From Candidatus Eiseniibacteriota bacterium (GTDB taxonomy: Bacteria > Eisenbacteria > RBG-16-71-46): a DNA stretch of 64,000 nucleotides. The DNA is taken from positions 1 to 64,000 of the forward strand of contig JBBRLX010000013.1 in the NCBI GenBank assembly GCA_038231135.1, given 5' to 3'. The notes beneath the pieces are model-generated. The model worked only from the letters and a program-made list of their open reading frames with translations, was not told where the DNA came from and searched no databases. The translations under genes and the position numbers were made by a program. Shown here piece after piece: positions 49,969 through 59,561 of the stretch (the first letter of the stretch is position 1; each line of letters begins with the position of its first letter).

Positions 49969-51598
49969 CTACTTCATCGCTACGAGCCGCCGCGTTCCAT
50001 GGAGCCTACCGTCCACGAGGAACCGAAGCACGTAGATTCCGGGGCCCGATTCCAAGCCGCCGGCTCCTTCCCGCCGCCAAATTATCGTGTGCTCACCAGC
50101 TGACTGCGCGGCGTCGACCAGCGTCGCGATTCGTCGCCCATGAATGTCGAACAAGTCGAGCTTGACCATACCTTGCTTGGCTACAGTGTAGGCGATGCGG
50201 ACCGCGCCGCTCGACGGGTTCGGCCCAATGGCTCGGATCCCGGAAACGTATCCTTCGCCGTCTCTCACGCCGAGATACGGCGTCAAGTAAACGGACGCCT
50301 CCGATGACATCCCCGAGCTACCTGTCGCGTTCACTGCCGCACGTAGTAGAACACTGAGTCGGTCGACGGCGGGGTTTGGTCGAGAAATGATGTGCCCGTG
50401 AGAGGGCCGAAAATGACCGGGGGCGCGGTGGGATACCGCTGTCGGACCGTGGCGCAATCGGTCAAGTGTACCCAATCGCGATACAGGTAATAGCCGGTGA
50501 CGGTCCCAGCCGACGCCGTCCATGATATCTGGACGCCGCCCTCGCTCGTGCTCACCGTCGCCGAGGTGTTCGTTGGCGTAGAAGGTGGCGTCGAAGACGT
50601 TCCCTGGGTTCGGGCACTCGTCGTGTACCCCGTGGTGACCCCCGGTACGTTCAGCTCATAATAGTAGGCGCGATTATAGGTGGCGGGCACTGTCCACTGG
50701 TAATGGCGGTTGTCAGACGTGACAGAAAGGTCGTGGCTGTCGAACGACCCGAGCAACGCATACGGCCCCCAGCACGCATCGGAAGATAGAATTTGGTACG
50801 TGTAGCTCCTCGATGGGTCGCTCTCCTCCCAACGGAGCGTGTCACCCGCCGTCGCGGGTGATGCCGTAAACGCGTAGCTGACCTCAGTCGGCGCATCGTA
50901 AAGGTGCTCTATCCCCTGAATGTCCCAAAATTCCGGTGTGATTTGGAACGTGCCGCACTCAAGCCCGACCCCCCACATGGTCACTGAATCGCAGGCCGCA
51001 ATGCTCGCGTTGTTATAGGGTGGCCCGACATCAAAAAGCCCCCACCAGTGCCCCATCTCATGGGTCAGCACGCCGGTGAGGTCCGCGTGCGAGTAGGTGG
51101 GATCGCAGTTGCTCGTATAGCAATCGGTCACCCAGTCAAAGGTGGGGTTGTCGCCACGGACATACGTCCTGCAACGCTTGTGGGTGCCGTCCGGGAAGTA
51201 TGAAATGAACGTGATTGCAAGTGAGCCACTCGTTGGGGATCCCCAGTAGCTCGAGTACACGCTGTTGCTTAAGACGTCCACCATCAGCGCCTTAGTCGTT
51301 CTGTGCCGGCCGATTCGATGAACACCGGGAAGGACGTGTCGTCGTACCAAGTGCCATAAGCATCGAAGACGGTCTGGTTGATTGTCGCGTTACCTATGGG
51401 GGTCTCGGTGATTGAGCCCAGGACACCGTAGAGAAGGTACGACCCCGAACTGAAACGGTGGCAATAAATGCCACCGCCGTAGTTATAGCGCGAAACCACG
51501 TAGCAATCACTGGATTCGGGACCGCATTGGGCGTGCACGTTGGACGCGAAGGCTTCCCCGACAATCATCCCCATTATGCGCTTAGAGAGCATGATCAC
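49969..51598 (-). pseudogene. Metzincin (matrixin-like) + FN3 + FlgD-Ig protein broken by two frameshifts (~51300, ~50338)
   Basis: Three overlapping ORFs: signal/N-terminus; HEMGHWWGLFD with Met-turn SVTM and FN3; PNP..FDIHGRRI..GIY tail. Restoring one G gives YYVRAVN. Confidence 0.75.
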
Positions 51599-52428
51599 TC
51601 CTGCCGGGGGTGGGCCGCCGCGCGTAGACGGCTGACGGTTTGCGTGAGCGAGGCCCCCAGGGCAGGGACGAGGTCGCGCCGAACTGCTATGGCCCCGCCC
51701 AGTACGCCCACAACTTCGTACGCGCCACCCTCACCGGCCTTCAGCGCAAAAATGGTCGTCGAATCCGGGTCTACGGGTCCGTAAGTCGTGTACACACGCA
51801 ACTGGCTGGTGGGCAGTGTGCCGGTGACCACGCTGTCGACCAACACTTCCGAACAGTAAATGCGTCGTCCGCCAATCGTACATGGAGAAGAGCTACGATG
51901 AGCACGGCCCACCACGATGAGCGCGCTATTCGAGGCAAGCCCCTCCAAGCTCATCCGCTTGATGCCGTTTGCTACGGCAGACTCAGCCCCCTGAAAGGCA
52001 GTGAGGCGCACGACTCCGCCGTCGCCATAGAACTCAGGATGAAGGGAGAGCGCCAAGCGTCCATCCGTCAGCGGATTCGCGAACAGGATGCAACGCGTAG
52101 GCCCCCCGCGCACCCAACCCTCGACCATTCCCCTCCATGAGTTTACGTAGGTTGGGAAGTAGAGGCGAACCGTCTTCTCTCCGCCGTCGCCTTTCAGCCA
52201 GCGGTCAGGCCTGAAGCTGACCCATGCCCAAAGCGTACCTTCCTCATCGAGGCTGTCATGGACAGCCTCTGCCGTGCCGACGCCGATGAGCTTCGACTGA
52301 CTCACGGCAAAGTCGACCTTTTCCTGCACGGTGAGGGGATGGGCCGGAGGACGCCAACTGGTGGCGCGCGCGGGTGACGCGGCGCAGAGCACAGAAGCGA
52401 AAATGAGGATGGCAGGAAGAGATCTCAT
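51595..52428 (-). CDS. Secreted protein with two TIMP-like/OB-fold repeats
   Basis: GGAGG RBS; signal peptide ending ARA; AVSQSKLIGVGT..WLKG and SLEGLASNSALIVVGR..VVTG. Confidence 0.6.
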   Translation of the reverse strand: MRSLPAILIFASVLCAASPARATSWRPPAHPLTVQEKVDFAVSQSKLIGVGTAEAVHDSLDEEGTLWAWVSFRPDRWLKGDGGEKTVRLYFPTYVNSWRGMVEGWVRGGPTRCILFANPLTDGRLALSLHPEFYGDGGVVRLTAFQGAESAVANGIKRMSLEGLASNSALIVVGRAHRSSSPCTIGGRRIYCSEVLVDSVVTGTLPTSQLRVYTTYGPVDPDSTTIFALKAGEGGAYEVVGVLGGAIAVRRDLVPALGASLTQTVSRLRAAAHPRQE

Positions 52429-52680
52429 TCCATGCCTCCACGGCTAACGCGAACATCACGTCCGGTCAAGACTGCCGCCCAGAAAACATACATTACACAA
52501 CCCCGACGAGACTTTTACTACGCACTCGCAAATCTTCTCACGATATGTGCCCCAAGCCCAACAGGGTCGGACCACGGGACCGGGGACGTTCGCCAACGAA
52601 GACTGGAGAGCGCCGCAACAACAGCAATGCGGGTGGTTGGCTGGGGCCGTGGTGCGAAGGGTCATCGGGAAAATCCGAAC

Positions 52681-53448
52681 TTACAACTCCACGCCCTGCT
52701 CCCGGGCGAGCTGCTTGATCCGGGCGGTGAAATAGGCGCCAGCATTGGCCACGCTCCCAGCGCGCCGGGCTTCCTTGGTCTCGGAGAGAGCGCGGTAAAC
52801 GATCTGATCTGGCACCCGCTGCGCAACCTTCCGATAGAAGCCCATCGAGTGGCGATCGCCGAGCTCTTGGAGCATCTGTTCGGCTAGGTCACTGGTCTTG
52901 ATCAGTCGATCCTTGGATTGCGTAGCAACGTTAACGTTCTTAAGTACACCCTCGAGTAACGTACTCATGCTGGGGATATTTTCCCTCCCTGAGGAGGAAA
53001 AATCCCCCCTTGATGAGGAAGAAATCCCCTTTACGGGTGGTGGTTCGCTGGCCTGTCGGGGCTGCTCGGGACGTAATGGGGAAAATTTCCCCATTACGCG
53101 TTCACGGGTACTCTTGGCGCCCGAAGTCACCCGTCGCAACAACAATTCCACGGCATCCTCGTCAACCAGCGGAACCTCGAAAAATACCCGGTAGAGGTCC
53201 GTGGTTCGGAACGGTCGCCCGGTCTGAGGATCGATCGCGTGATCGGCTTGGCGCTTGATGAAGCCGTGCGTTTCGAGCACCACGAGGCACTTCCGCAGCG
53301 TCTTGCGATCCTTGATGCCGCACTCGCGAGCGAGTGTTTCCTGCCGCGTGCGCCAGTTGTCCCGGATCTCTCCGCTTCGGGCGTTGTAGTAGCAGTGCTT
53401 CCGCAGGTTCACGTACACGGTCGTGGTGGTGGGCCCAAGCATGGGCAC
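52681..53448 (-). CDS. Plasmid/phage-type winged-HTH replication initiator (probably 5'-truncated)
   Basis: LGPT..VYVNLR..QETLARECGI.DRKTLRK.LVVLETHGFIKR; low-complexity linker; C-terminal ..RALSETKEA..VANAGAYF. Confidence 0.65.
   Translation of the reverse strand: MPMLGPTTTTVYVNLRKHCYYNARSGEIRDNWRTRQETLARECGIKDRKTLRKCLVVLETHGFIKRQADHAIDPQTGRPFRTTDLYRVFFEVPLVDEDAVELLLRRVTSGAKSTRERVMGKFSPLRPEQPRQASEPPPVKGISSSSRGDFSSSGRENIPSMSTLLEGVLKNVNVATQSKDRLIKTSDLAEQMLQELGDRHSMGFYRKVAQRVPDQIVYRALSETKEARRAGSVANAGAYFTARIKQLAREQGVEL
52969..53091. repeat. Iteron-like repeats inside the rep gene
   Basis: 21-bp period TGAGGAGGAAAAATCCCCCCT / TGATGAGGAAGAAATCCCCTT (52990-53031), a related GGGGATATTTTCCC copy before and GGGGAAAATTTCCC at ~53078. 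Confidence 0.55.
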
Positions 53449-53745
53449 CGGTCGAGATCGCGCACGACGAGGTCACGAGCTGGTTCCACGGGCCCGAACG
53501 GCCTCAGGATCTCGAATCGCAGATCACCCAGTCCCCTGAGCCAGCCTGCCGGCGTAACGACGTCGAGCTTGCCGTCGCCGTCGAAATCGGCCGCGATGGG
53601 GACCGTCGGAGGCCCGGCCAGGAGTCCGTATGGGCCGTGGAACGGCAACTCCTCGGCCCACAGCACCGAAGGCGCACCGACGACCGCAACGATCAGCAAC
53701 CCCGCGGACAGCGCTTCGGCGGATGCCCGGACGAGCCGAGGCCAT
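53409..53745 (-). pseudogene. Truncated secreted FG-GAP/VCBS repeat protein
   Basis: AADFDGDGKLDVV, then DLVVRDLD cut at the rep junction. The signal peptide needs a frameshift in G4 at ~53700. Confidence 0.55.
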
Positions 53746-53898
53746 CGAACGCGAGTTGCCGGCTCCGAAGCGATCACTACTTGATTGTATCCCGCTTCCA
53801 GGTTCCAGCGCTCCACGAAAACCCGGTCGCCACCTTGGCGCCCCCCCTCCCTTCTGGAATGATGCGACCGGAGCCACCCAACCCGTCGGGAGTCCCAC

Positions 53899-56454
53899 GT
53901 GACCGCCCTCGCCGCGCTCGAAACCGTGCTGCTGATCGTCGCCATCATCGTGGCGACGCGCGGCGTCGAGCCGGCGGCGCCCCCGCACGGACGCCGGTTC
54001 GTGTGGATCGCAGTCCTGCTGGCGTTGCAGGCCGCCCTGTTCTACGGCTTCGTGGCGGTCCTCCGCCGCACGCACTGGGGCATCGAGTCGGGTTCGATGC
54101 CGGGCGTCGCGGTCGTGTTCCAGGGACTGCGCGCGCTGCTCCTGCTCGCCGCGGTGAGGTCGTGGCTGCGGATCGTCGGCGGCGAACTCAATCGCGTGCC
54201 GAAGCGCGTGATCGTCGCGGTGGCGGTGTTCACGTTCGGCTGGGGCAGCGGCGGGCTGCCTGTGATCGCGGCGATCGCGCTGATGTTCGTGCTCGATCGC
54301 ATGAAGTGGATCGAGGCGATCACCGGCTGGCGGCGCGGCGCGGGCCTGGCCGGCTGCCTCGTGCTGCTCGCGCTGCTGTCGATCCTGCCATTCGCCTCGG
54401 TCCAGCACGGCGCCATTCACGCGCGGCTCGCCCTGAACGCCCCGCACTGGCCGCCGCCGCTGCTATTCGGCGCGACCGATCCCCGCGCGGCGGCGGAGCT
54501 GGCGATCCTCCGGCCGCTCGACCGGTTCGTGCAGGCGCTCGTCGACCTGTTCCGCGCGCAGTTGGTGATCGCGTCCGCCAAGCTGCTGTTCCTGCCGGTC
54601 CGCCTGTCGGGCATGAGTCTCAAGCGCCGGTTCACGATCAACTACCTGCTGGTGCGGTCGATCCCCGCGTTCCTGTCGGGACTGATCCTGGTGGTGTTCG
54701 GGTATCTGGTGTTCGGGCAGGCGAAGCTGGCGCGCGTGCGCGGCGGGTTGGAACGGACGCTCGCCCGCGCCGGCACCGTAGCTGCGGTGCTCGCCGACGA
54801 TCCGGCTGTGCGCGACCGCCGGCCATTCGATCGGGCACGGATCGAGCGTGCGGCGCGCTGGATGGATGCCGACAGCACGCACGTGAGCATTGTCGTCCGC
54901 GATCCCCGGGTCCGGGTGCCGGCGTCGGAGGACACGCTCACGCCGGGCACGGCCCGGGACGATTCCGTGTGGGCGGCGGCCACGAATCCCGGCGTCCCGG
55001 GACCGCTGCTCGTGAGATCATTCGCCGGCGCGGACAGCGGCGAAGCGAGCGGCCTGGTGGTCGCCGGAGACCGGTTCTACCTTGGAGTTCGCCGCGTGCT
55101 GGCGGAGGGGCGCGCGATCGAAGTGTTCACGCCCGTCGATTCCGCATACCTGGCGCGGATCATGGAGCCCATCGGCGGCGATCTGCGTATTACGGCCCAT
55201 CCGGACCAGCGATTGGGCGGCGGCCGCATGGAATTGCTGACACCTCACTGGATTCCCCAGGTCGTCACCGTCAGCGCGCGCGAACCCGATCCGGGCGGGC
55301 GTCCCCAGCGGCGCTGGTACCTGGCGCGCAGCTACGTACCGGAAGGTGACTGGAGCGGCGAGCCGCTGACAAGCGACCGCGGCGCCGTCGAGGTGAAGCT
55401 CGAGACCCTACCCCAAAGCCTGCTCCGCGGCGCCACTCGGTCGTTCGCGAGCGTGTACGCCAACCTGATGACGCTGCTCATCGTGATCGCGATCGTCATG
55501 GTGTTCTCGATGATCGAACGCTTCGCGGTGCGCTCGGGGCGCAGCATCATCGATGCGGTGCTCGACGAGATGACCACGCTGCGCGACGCGACCGAACGGT
55601 TCGGCGCCGGCGACCTGTCCTACCGCCTGCCGGTGCGGGGCCGGGACGAGTTCAGCGTGGTCGCGACGTCGTTCAACCGGATGGCCGAGAACCTCGAGAG
55701 CCAGCGGAGCGAGCTGGTCACGAAACAGCGGCTCGACCAGGACCTCGAAGTGGCGCGGGTGATCCAGCAACGCTTCCTGCCGCGGACGGCGCCCACCGTC
55801 GCGGGGCTGGACGCCGCCGGAATCTCGGTGCCGAGCCGTGAGGTGGGCGGGGATCTGTTCCAGTGGTTCGCACACGCCGACGGCCCGCTGGGGCTCGCAC
55901 TGGGGGACGTGTCGGGCAAGAGCATGTCGGCCGCGCTGCTGATGTCGAACGTGCTCGCGGCGCTGCGCACCCAGGCGTTCGACCGCGTCGACCTGGCCGA
56001 CACGCTGGGGCGCACGAACCGGCTGCTGCTCGACATGACGGATCCCGGCACGTTCGTGACGCTGTTTTACGGCGAGGCCGATTGCGCCGCGGGCACGCTG
56101 CGCTACGCCTCCGCCGGCCATAACCCGCCGCTGCTGCTGCGTGCGGGTGGCGGCGCGGACTGGCTGCGCGAGGGCGGCGTGCCGCTCGGCATCCTGCCCG
56201 AAGCGAGCTATGCGGTCGCCTCGACGCGATTCGAGCCCGGGGACATGCTGATCGTCTATTCGGACGGCGTGACCGAGGCGCGGCGCCCCGACGATCAGAT
56301 GTACGGCGAGGATCGGCTCGCAGCACTGGCTGCCACGCTGCACGGCCGCCCGGCGCAATCGGTGCTCGACGGCGTGCTGGCCAGCGTGAATGCGTTCGCC
56401 GCGGGCGCGGCGCAGGCCGACGATCTCACGATCGTGGTGGTGCGCCGGGTGTAA
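53899..56454 (+). CDS. Membrane-bound HAMP + PP2C (SpoIIE) phosphatase
   Basis: Multiple TMs; GDLSYRL..DEFSVVA.SFNRM HAMP; GGDLF, DVSGK, SAGH, SDG, DDLT. Confidence 0.9.
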   Translation: MTALAALETVLLIVAIIVATRGVEPAAPPHGRRFVWIAVLLALQAALFYGFVAVLRRTHWGIESGSMPGVAVVFQGLRALLLLAAVRSWLRIVGGELNRVPKRVIVAVAVFTFGWGSGGLPVIAAIALMFVLDRMKWIEAITGWRRGAGLAGCLVLLALLSILPFASVQHGAIHARLALNAPHWPPPLLFGATDPRAAAELAILRPLDRFVQALVDLFRAQLVIASAKLLFLPVRLSGMSLKRRFTINYLLVRSIPAFLSGLILVVFGYLVFGQAKLARVRGGLERTLARAGTVAAVLADDPAVRDRRPFDRARIERAARWMDADSTHVSIVVRDPRVRVPASEDTLTPGTARDDSVWAAATNPGVPGPLLVRSFAGADSGEASGLVVAGDRFYLGVRRVLAEGRAIEVFTPVDSAYLARIMEPIGGDLRITAHPDQRLGGGRMELLTPHWIPQVVTVSAREPDPGGRPQRRWYLARSYVPEGDWSGEPLTSDRGAVEVKLETLPQSLLRGATRSFASVYANLMTLLIVIAIVMVFSMIERFAVRSGRSIIDAVLDEMTTLRDATERFGAGDLSYRLPVRGRDEFSVVATSFNRMAENLESQRSELVTKQRLDQDLEVARVIQQRFLPRTAPTVAGLDAAGISVPSREVGGDLFQWFAHADGPLGLALGDVSGKSMSAALLMSNVLAALRTQAFDRVDLADTLGRTNRLLLDMTDPGTFVTLFYGEADCAAGTLRYASAGHNPPLLLRAGGGADWLREGGVPLGILPEASYAVASTRFEPGDMLIVYSDGVTEARRPDDQMYGEDRLAALAATLHGRPAQSVLDGVLASVNAFAAGAAQADDLTIVVVRRV

Positions 56455-56630
56455 CGCCGGACACTGCCGCGCCACCCCGCGACGATCCCGTGTCCTAAGG
56501 AGGGCTGAGGCTCGAGCCACGCCCCCGTTCGACTCCGGGGTGGCGCCGGCCACGCGTTGGGACCCACGACGGGTCACGACGCCCGAACCGGTTGCGCGTG
56601 CCCGATCCCTCTGCTTCAATCGCCGCGCTC

Positions 56631-57800
56631 ATGCTCACCATCGCCGTACCGCGCGAAACCCTGCCGGGCGAACTCCGCGTCGCCCAGGTGCCCGATACCA
56701 CCGCCCGACTGGTGGCTGCGGGCGCGGATGTCCGCGTTCAGGCCGGCGCCGGCGAACGCGCCGGGCATCGCGACGACGCCTATGCGCAGGCCGGGGCGAA
56801 GCTCGTCCCGGATGCGCGCGCCCTGTATGCCGGTGCCGGGCTCGTCCTCAAGGTGCGCGAGCCGCGGCAGGACGCGACGCTGGGAACGCACGAGCTCGAG
56901 CTGATGGATCCGGGCACGGCGCTCGTGAGCTTCCTCAACCTCCAGGCGAATCCCGATCTGCTCGAGCGGCTGCTGCAACGCCGCATCACCGCGTTCGCGA
57001 TGGAGCAGATGCCACGCACCACGCGGGCCCAGCGCATGGACGCCCTGTCGTCGATGAGCACGGTCGCGGGCTACAAGGCGGTGCTGCTGGCGGCGAACAC
57101 GCTCGGCCGGTTCTTCCCGCTGCTGATGACGGCGGCCGGCACCATCGCCCCCACCCGGGCGTTCGTGCTCGGCGCCGGAGTGGCCGGGCTGCAGGCGATC
57201 GCCACGGCGCGGCGGCTGGGCGCGGTGGTCGAGGCGTTCGACGTGCGTCCGGCGGTGCGCGAGGAGGTGCAGAGCCTGGGTGCGACGTTCGTGGCCACCG
57301 AGCTGGCGAGCGAGAGTAACGTCGCGGCGGGCGGCTACGCGAAGCAGTTGTCGCACGACGACGAGGCGCGCGAGCGCGAGCTGCTCCACAAGCACGTGGC
57401 GGCGTCCGACGTGGTCATCGCCACCGCGAACATTCCCGGCCGCCGTGCGCCCGTGCTCGTGACGGCCGCGATGGTCGAGGACATGCGGCAGGGCTCGGTG
57501 ATCGTCGACCTGGCCGCGGAGACCGGCGGCAATTGCGAGCTGACGAAGCCGGGCGAGACCGTGGTCGTGAACGGCGTCACGATCCTCGGACCCGTGAACC
57601 TGGCCGCGGCGCTGCCGGTGCACGCGAGCCAGATGTATGCGCGCAACCTGCTCGCGTTCACGCAGCTCGTGCTCAAGGACGGCGCGCTGAACTTCGATTT
57701 CTCGGACGACATCGTCGCCGGCACGTGCGTCGCCCGCGACGGCGCGAGGCCCGCCGGCGCGGCGCCGCCCGCGCCCACTCCCGTGCCGGCGGCCTCATGA
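56631..57800 (+). CDS. pntA: NAD(P) transhydrogenase alpha subunit, domain I
   Basis: RAQRMDALSSM, GAGVAGLQA, DLAAETGGNC. Confidence 0.95.
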   Translation: MLTIAVPRETLPGELRVAQVPDTTARLVAAGADVRVQAGAGERAGHRDDAYAQAGAKLVPDARALYAGAGLVLKVREPRQDATLGTHELELMDPGTALVSFLNLQANPDLLERLLQRRITAFAMEQMPRTTRAQRMDALSSMSTVAGYKAVLLAANTLGRFFPLLMTAAGTIAPTRAFVLGAGVAGLQAIATARRLGAVVEAFDVRPAVREEVQSLGATFVATELASESNVAAGGYAKQLSHDDEARERELLHKHVAASDVVIATANIPGRRAPVLVTAAMVEDMRQGSVIVDLAAETGGNCELTKPGETVVVNGVTILGPVNLAAALPVHASQMYARNLLAFTQLVLKDGALNFDFSDDIVAGTCVARDGARPAGAAPPAPTPVPAAS

Positions 57801-58096
57801 GCTACGAACTGCTCACGCTGGTCTACGTGTTCGTGCTCGCGATCTTCGTGGGCTTCGAAGTCATCTCCAAGGTGCCGGTGGTGCTCCACACGCCGCTCAT
57901 GTCCGGCACCAACGCGATCCACGGCATCGTGGTGATCGGCGGCATCATCGTGCTCGGCACCGGCACCGGCCCGCTCGAGTGGCTGCTGGGATTCATCGCG
58001 GTGGTGTTCGGCGCGGCGAACCTCGCGGGCGGGTTCGTCGTCACCGACCGCATGCTCGAGATGTTCAAGGGCCGGCCCAAGCCGGGCGGCAAGTAG
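57797..58096 (+). CDS. pntAB: NAD(P) transhydrogenase alpha subunit part 2 (membrane)
   Basis: LHTPLMSGTNAIHG...GGFVVTDRMLEMF; ATGA overlap. Confidence 0.95.
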   Translation: MSYELLTLVYVFVLAIFVGFEVISKVPVVLHTPLMSGTNAIHGIVVIGGIIVLGTGTGPLEWLLGFIAVVFGAANLAGGFVVTDRMLEMFKGRPKPGGK

Positions 58097-58099
58097 GCG

Positions 58100-59539
58100 A
58101 TGCGCTCCGACATCCCGGTCGCGATCCACTTCGCCTACCTCGTCGCGTCGATCCTGTTCATCGTCGGCCTCAAGTTCCTCAGCTCGCCCGCCCGCGCCCG
58201 GCGCGGCAACCAGCTCGCGGCGGCGGGCATGCTGATCGCGATCGGCGCCACGATGCTGATTCCCGGCGTCCGGCTGTCGCCGGTGCTGTTCCTGGGGCTG
58301 GCACTCGGCGGCGGCGCGGGGGTGTGGGCGGCGCGCCGGGTGGCGATCACCGACATGCCGCAGATGGTCGCGATCCTCAACGGACTGGGCGGCGGCGCCG
58401 CCGCGGCGGTGTCGGTGGCGGAGATCTGGCGCGCCGCGCACCCCGATCTCGCGGAAGCGCTGATATCGGCGCTGGGCGTGAGCGCGCGCCAGGGTGCGCG
58501 CCACGGCGCGTCGATGATCGAGCTGCTGGGCGTGCTGATCGGGTCGGTGTCGTTCAGCGGCAGCGTGATCGCGTGGGGCAAGCTCCAGGGCGTCATGCCG
58601 GAGAAGGCGATCGCCGGCGGCTGGGTGCGGCTCGTGAACATCGGGATCGTGCTCGCGATCGCGATCGCCGGCTACGTCGCGATGACCGGCGGCGGCACCG
58701 CGGCCGTGGTGATGTTCACGCTCGGCTCGCTCGCGTTCGGCGTGTTCATGGTGGTGCCGATCGGCGGCGCCGACATGCCGGTGGTGATCTCGCTGCTCAA
58801 CTCGTGCACCGGGCTCGCCGCGGCGTCCACCGGCTTCACGCTCGACAACCGCGCGCTGATCATCGCGGGCACGCTGGTCGGCGCCTCGGGCACGCTGCTC
58901 ACCCGGATGATGTGCAAGGCGATGAACCGTTCGCTGGCCAACGTGCTGTTCAGCGGATTCGGCGCCGGCGCCCCGGCGGCCGCGGGCGGCGCGAAGGTGG
59001 CGGCGCGACCGGTGCGCGAGATCGGTCCCGAGGACGCGGCGGTGCTGCTGTCCAATATCCGCTCGCTGATCATCATCCCCGGCTACGGCATGGCCGTCGC
59101 CCAGGCGCAGCACGCCGTGCGCGAGATGGCAGACTTGCTGGCCAAGCGGGGCGTGGACGTGAAGTACGCGATCCATCCCGTCGCGGGGCGCATGCCCGGG
59201 CACATGAACGTGCTGCTCGCGGAGGCGAATGTGCCCTACACGCAGCTCTACGACCTCGACCAGATCAACCCGGAGTTCGAACGCGCCGACGTGGCGCTGG
59301 TGATCGGCGCGAACGACGTCGTGAACCCGGCGGCGCGCACCGATTCCGCGAGCCCGATCTACGGCATGCCGATCCTCGACGCCGACAAGGCGCAGCACTG
59401 TATCATCATCAAGCGCAGCATGAGCCCGGGGTTCGCGGGCATCGACAATCCGATCTACTACGAGCCGCGCACGATGATGATGTTCGGCGACGCCAGGGGC
59501 GCCGTCACGAAGCTGAACGAAGCGCTGAAGGCCATGTAG
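58100..59539 (+). CDS. pntB: NAD(P) transhydrogenase beta subunit
   Basis: GGADMPVVISLLNS, PGYGMAVAQAQ, HPVAGRMPGHMNV, GANDVVNPAA. Confidence 0.97.
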   Translation: MRSDIPVAIHFAYLVASILFIVGLKFLSSPARARRGNQLAAAGMLIAIGATMLIPGVRLSPVLFLGLALGGGAGVWAARRVAITDMPQMVAILNGLGGGAAAAVSVAEIWRAAHPDLAEALISALGVSARQGARHGASMIELLGVLIGSVSFSGSVIAWGKLQGVMPEKAIAGGWVRLVNIGIVLAIAIAGYVAMTGGGTAAVVMFTLGSLAFGVFMVVPIGGADMPVVISLLNSCTGLAAASTGFTLDNRALIIAGTLVGASGTLLTRMMCKAMNRSLANVLFSGFGAGAPAAAGGAKVAARPVREIGPEDAAVLLSNIRSLIIIPGYGMAVAQAQHAVREMADLLAKRGVDVKYAIHPVAGRMPGHMNVLLAEANVPYTQLYDLDQINPEFERADVALVIGANDVVNPAARTDSASPIYGMPILDADKAQHCIIIKRSMSPGFAGIDNPIYYEPRTMMMFGDARGAVTKLNEALKAM

Positions 59540-59561
59540 CCACACCCAGCACGGAGCACGC

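Noticed and set aside
56495..56555. GTTCGACTC T-loop-like sequence suggesting a tRNA or att site
   Set aside because: The T-stem has a C-C mismatch and no D/anticodon arms or acceptor stem can be built; more likely a GC-rich hairpin.
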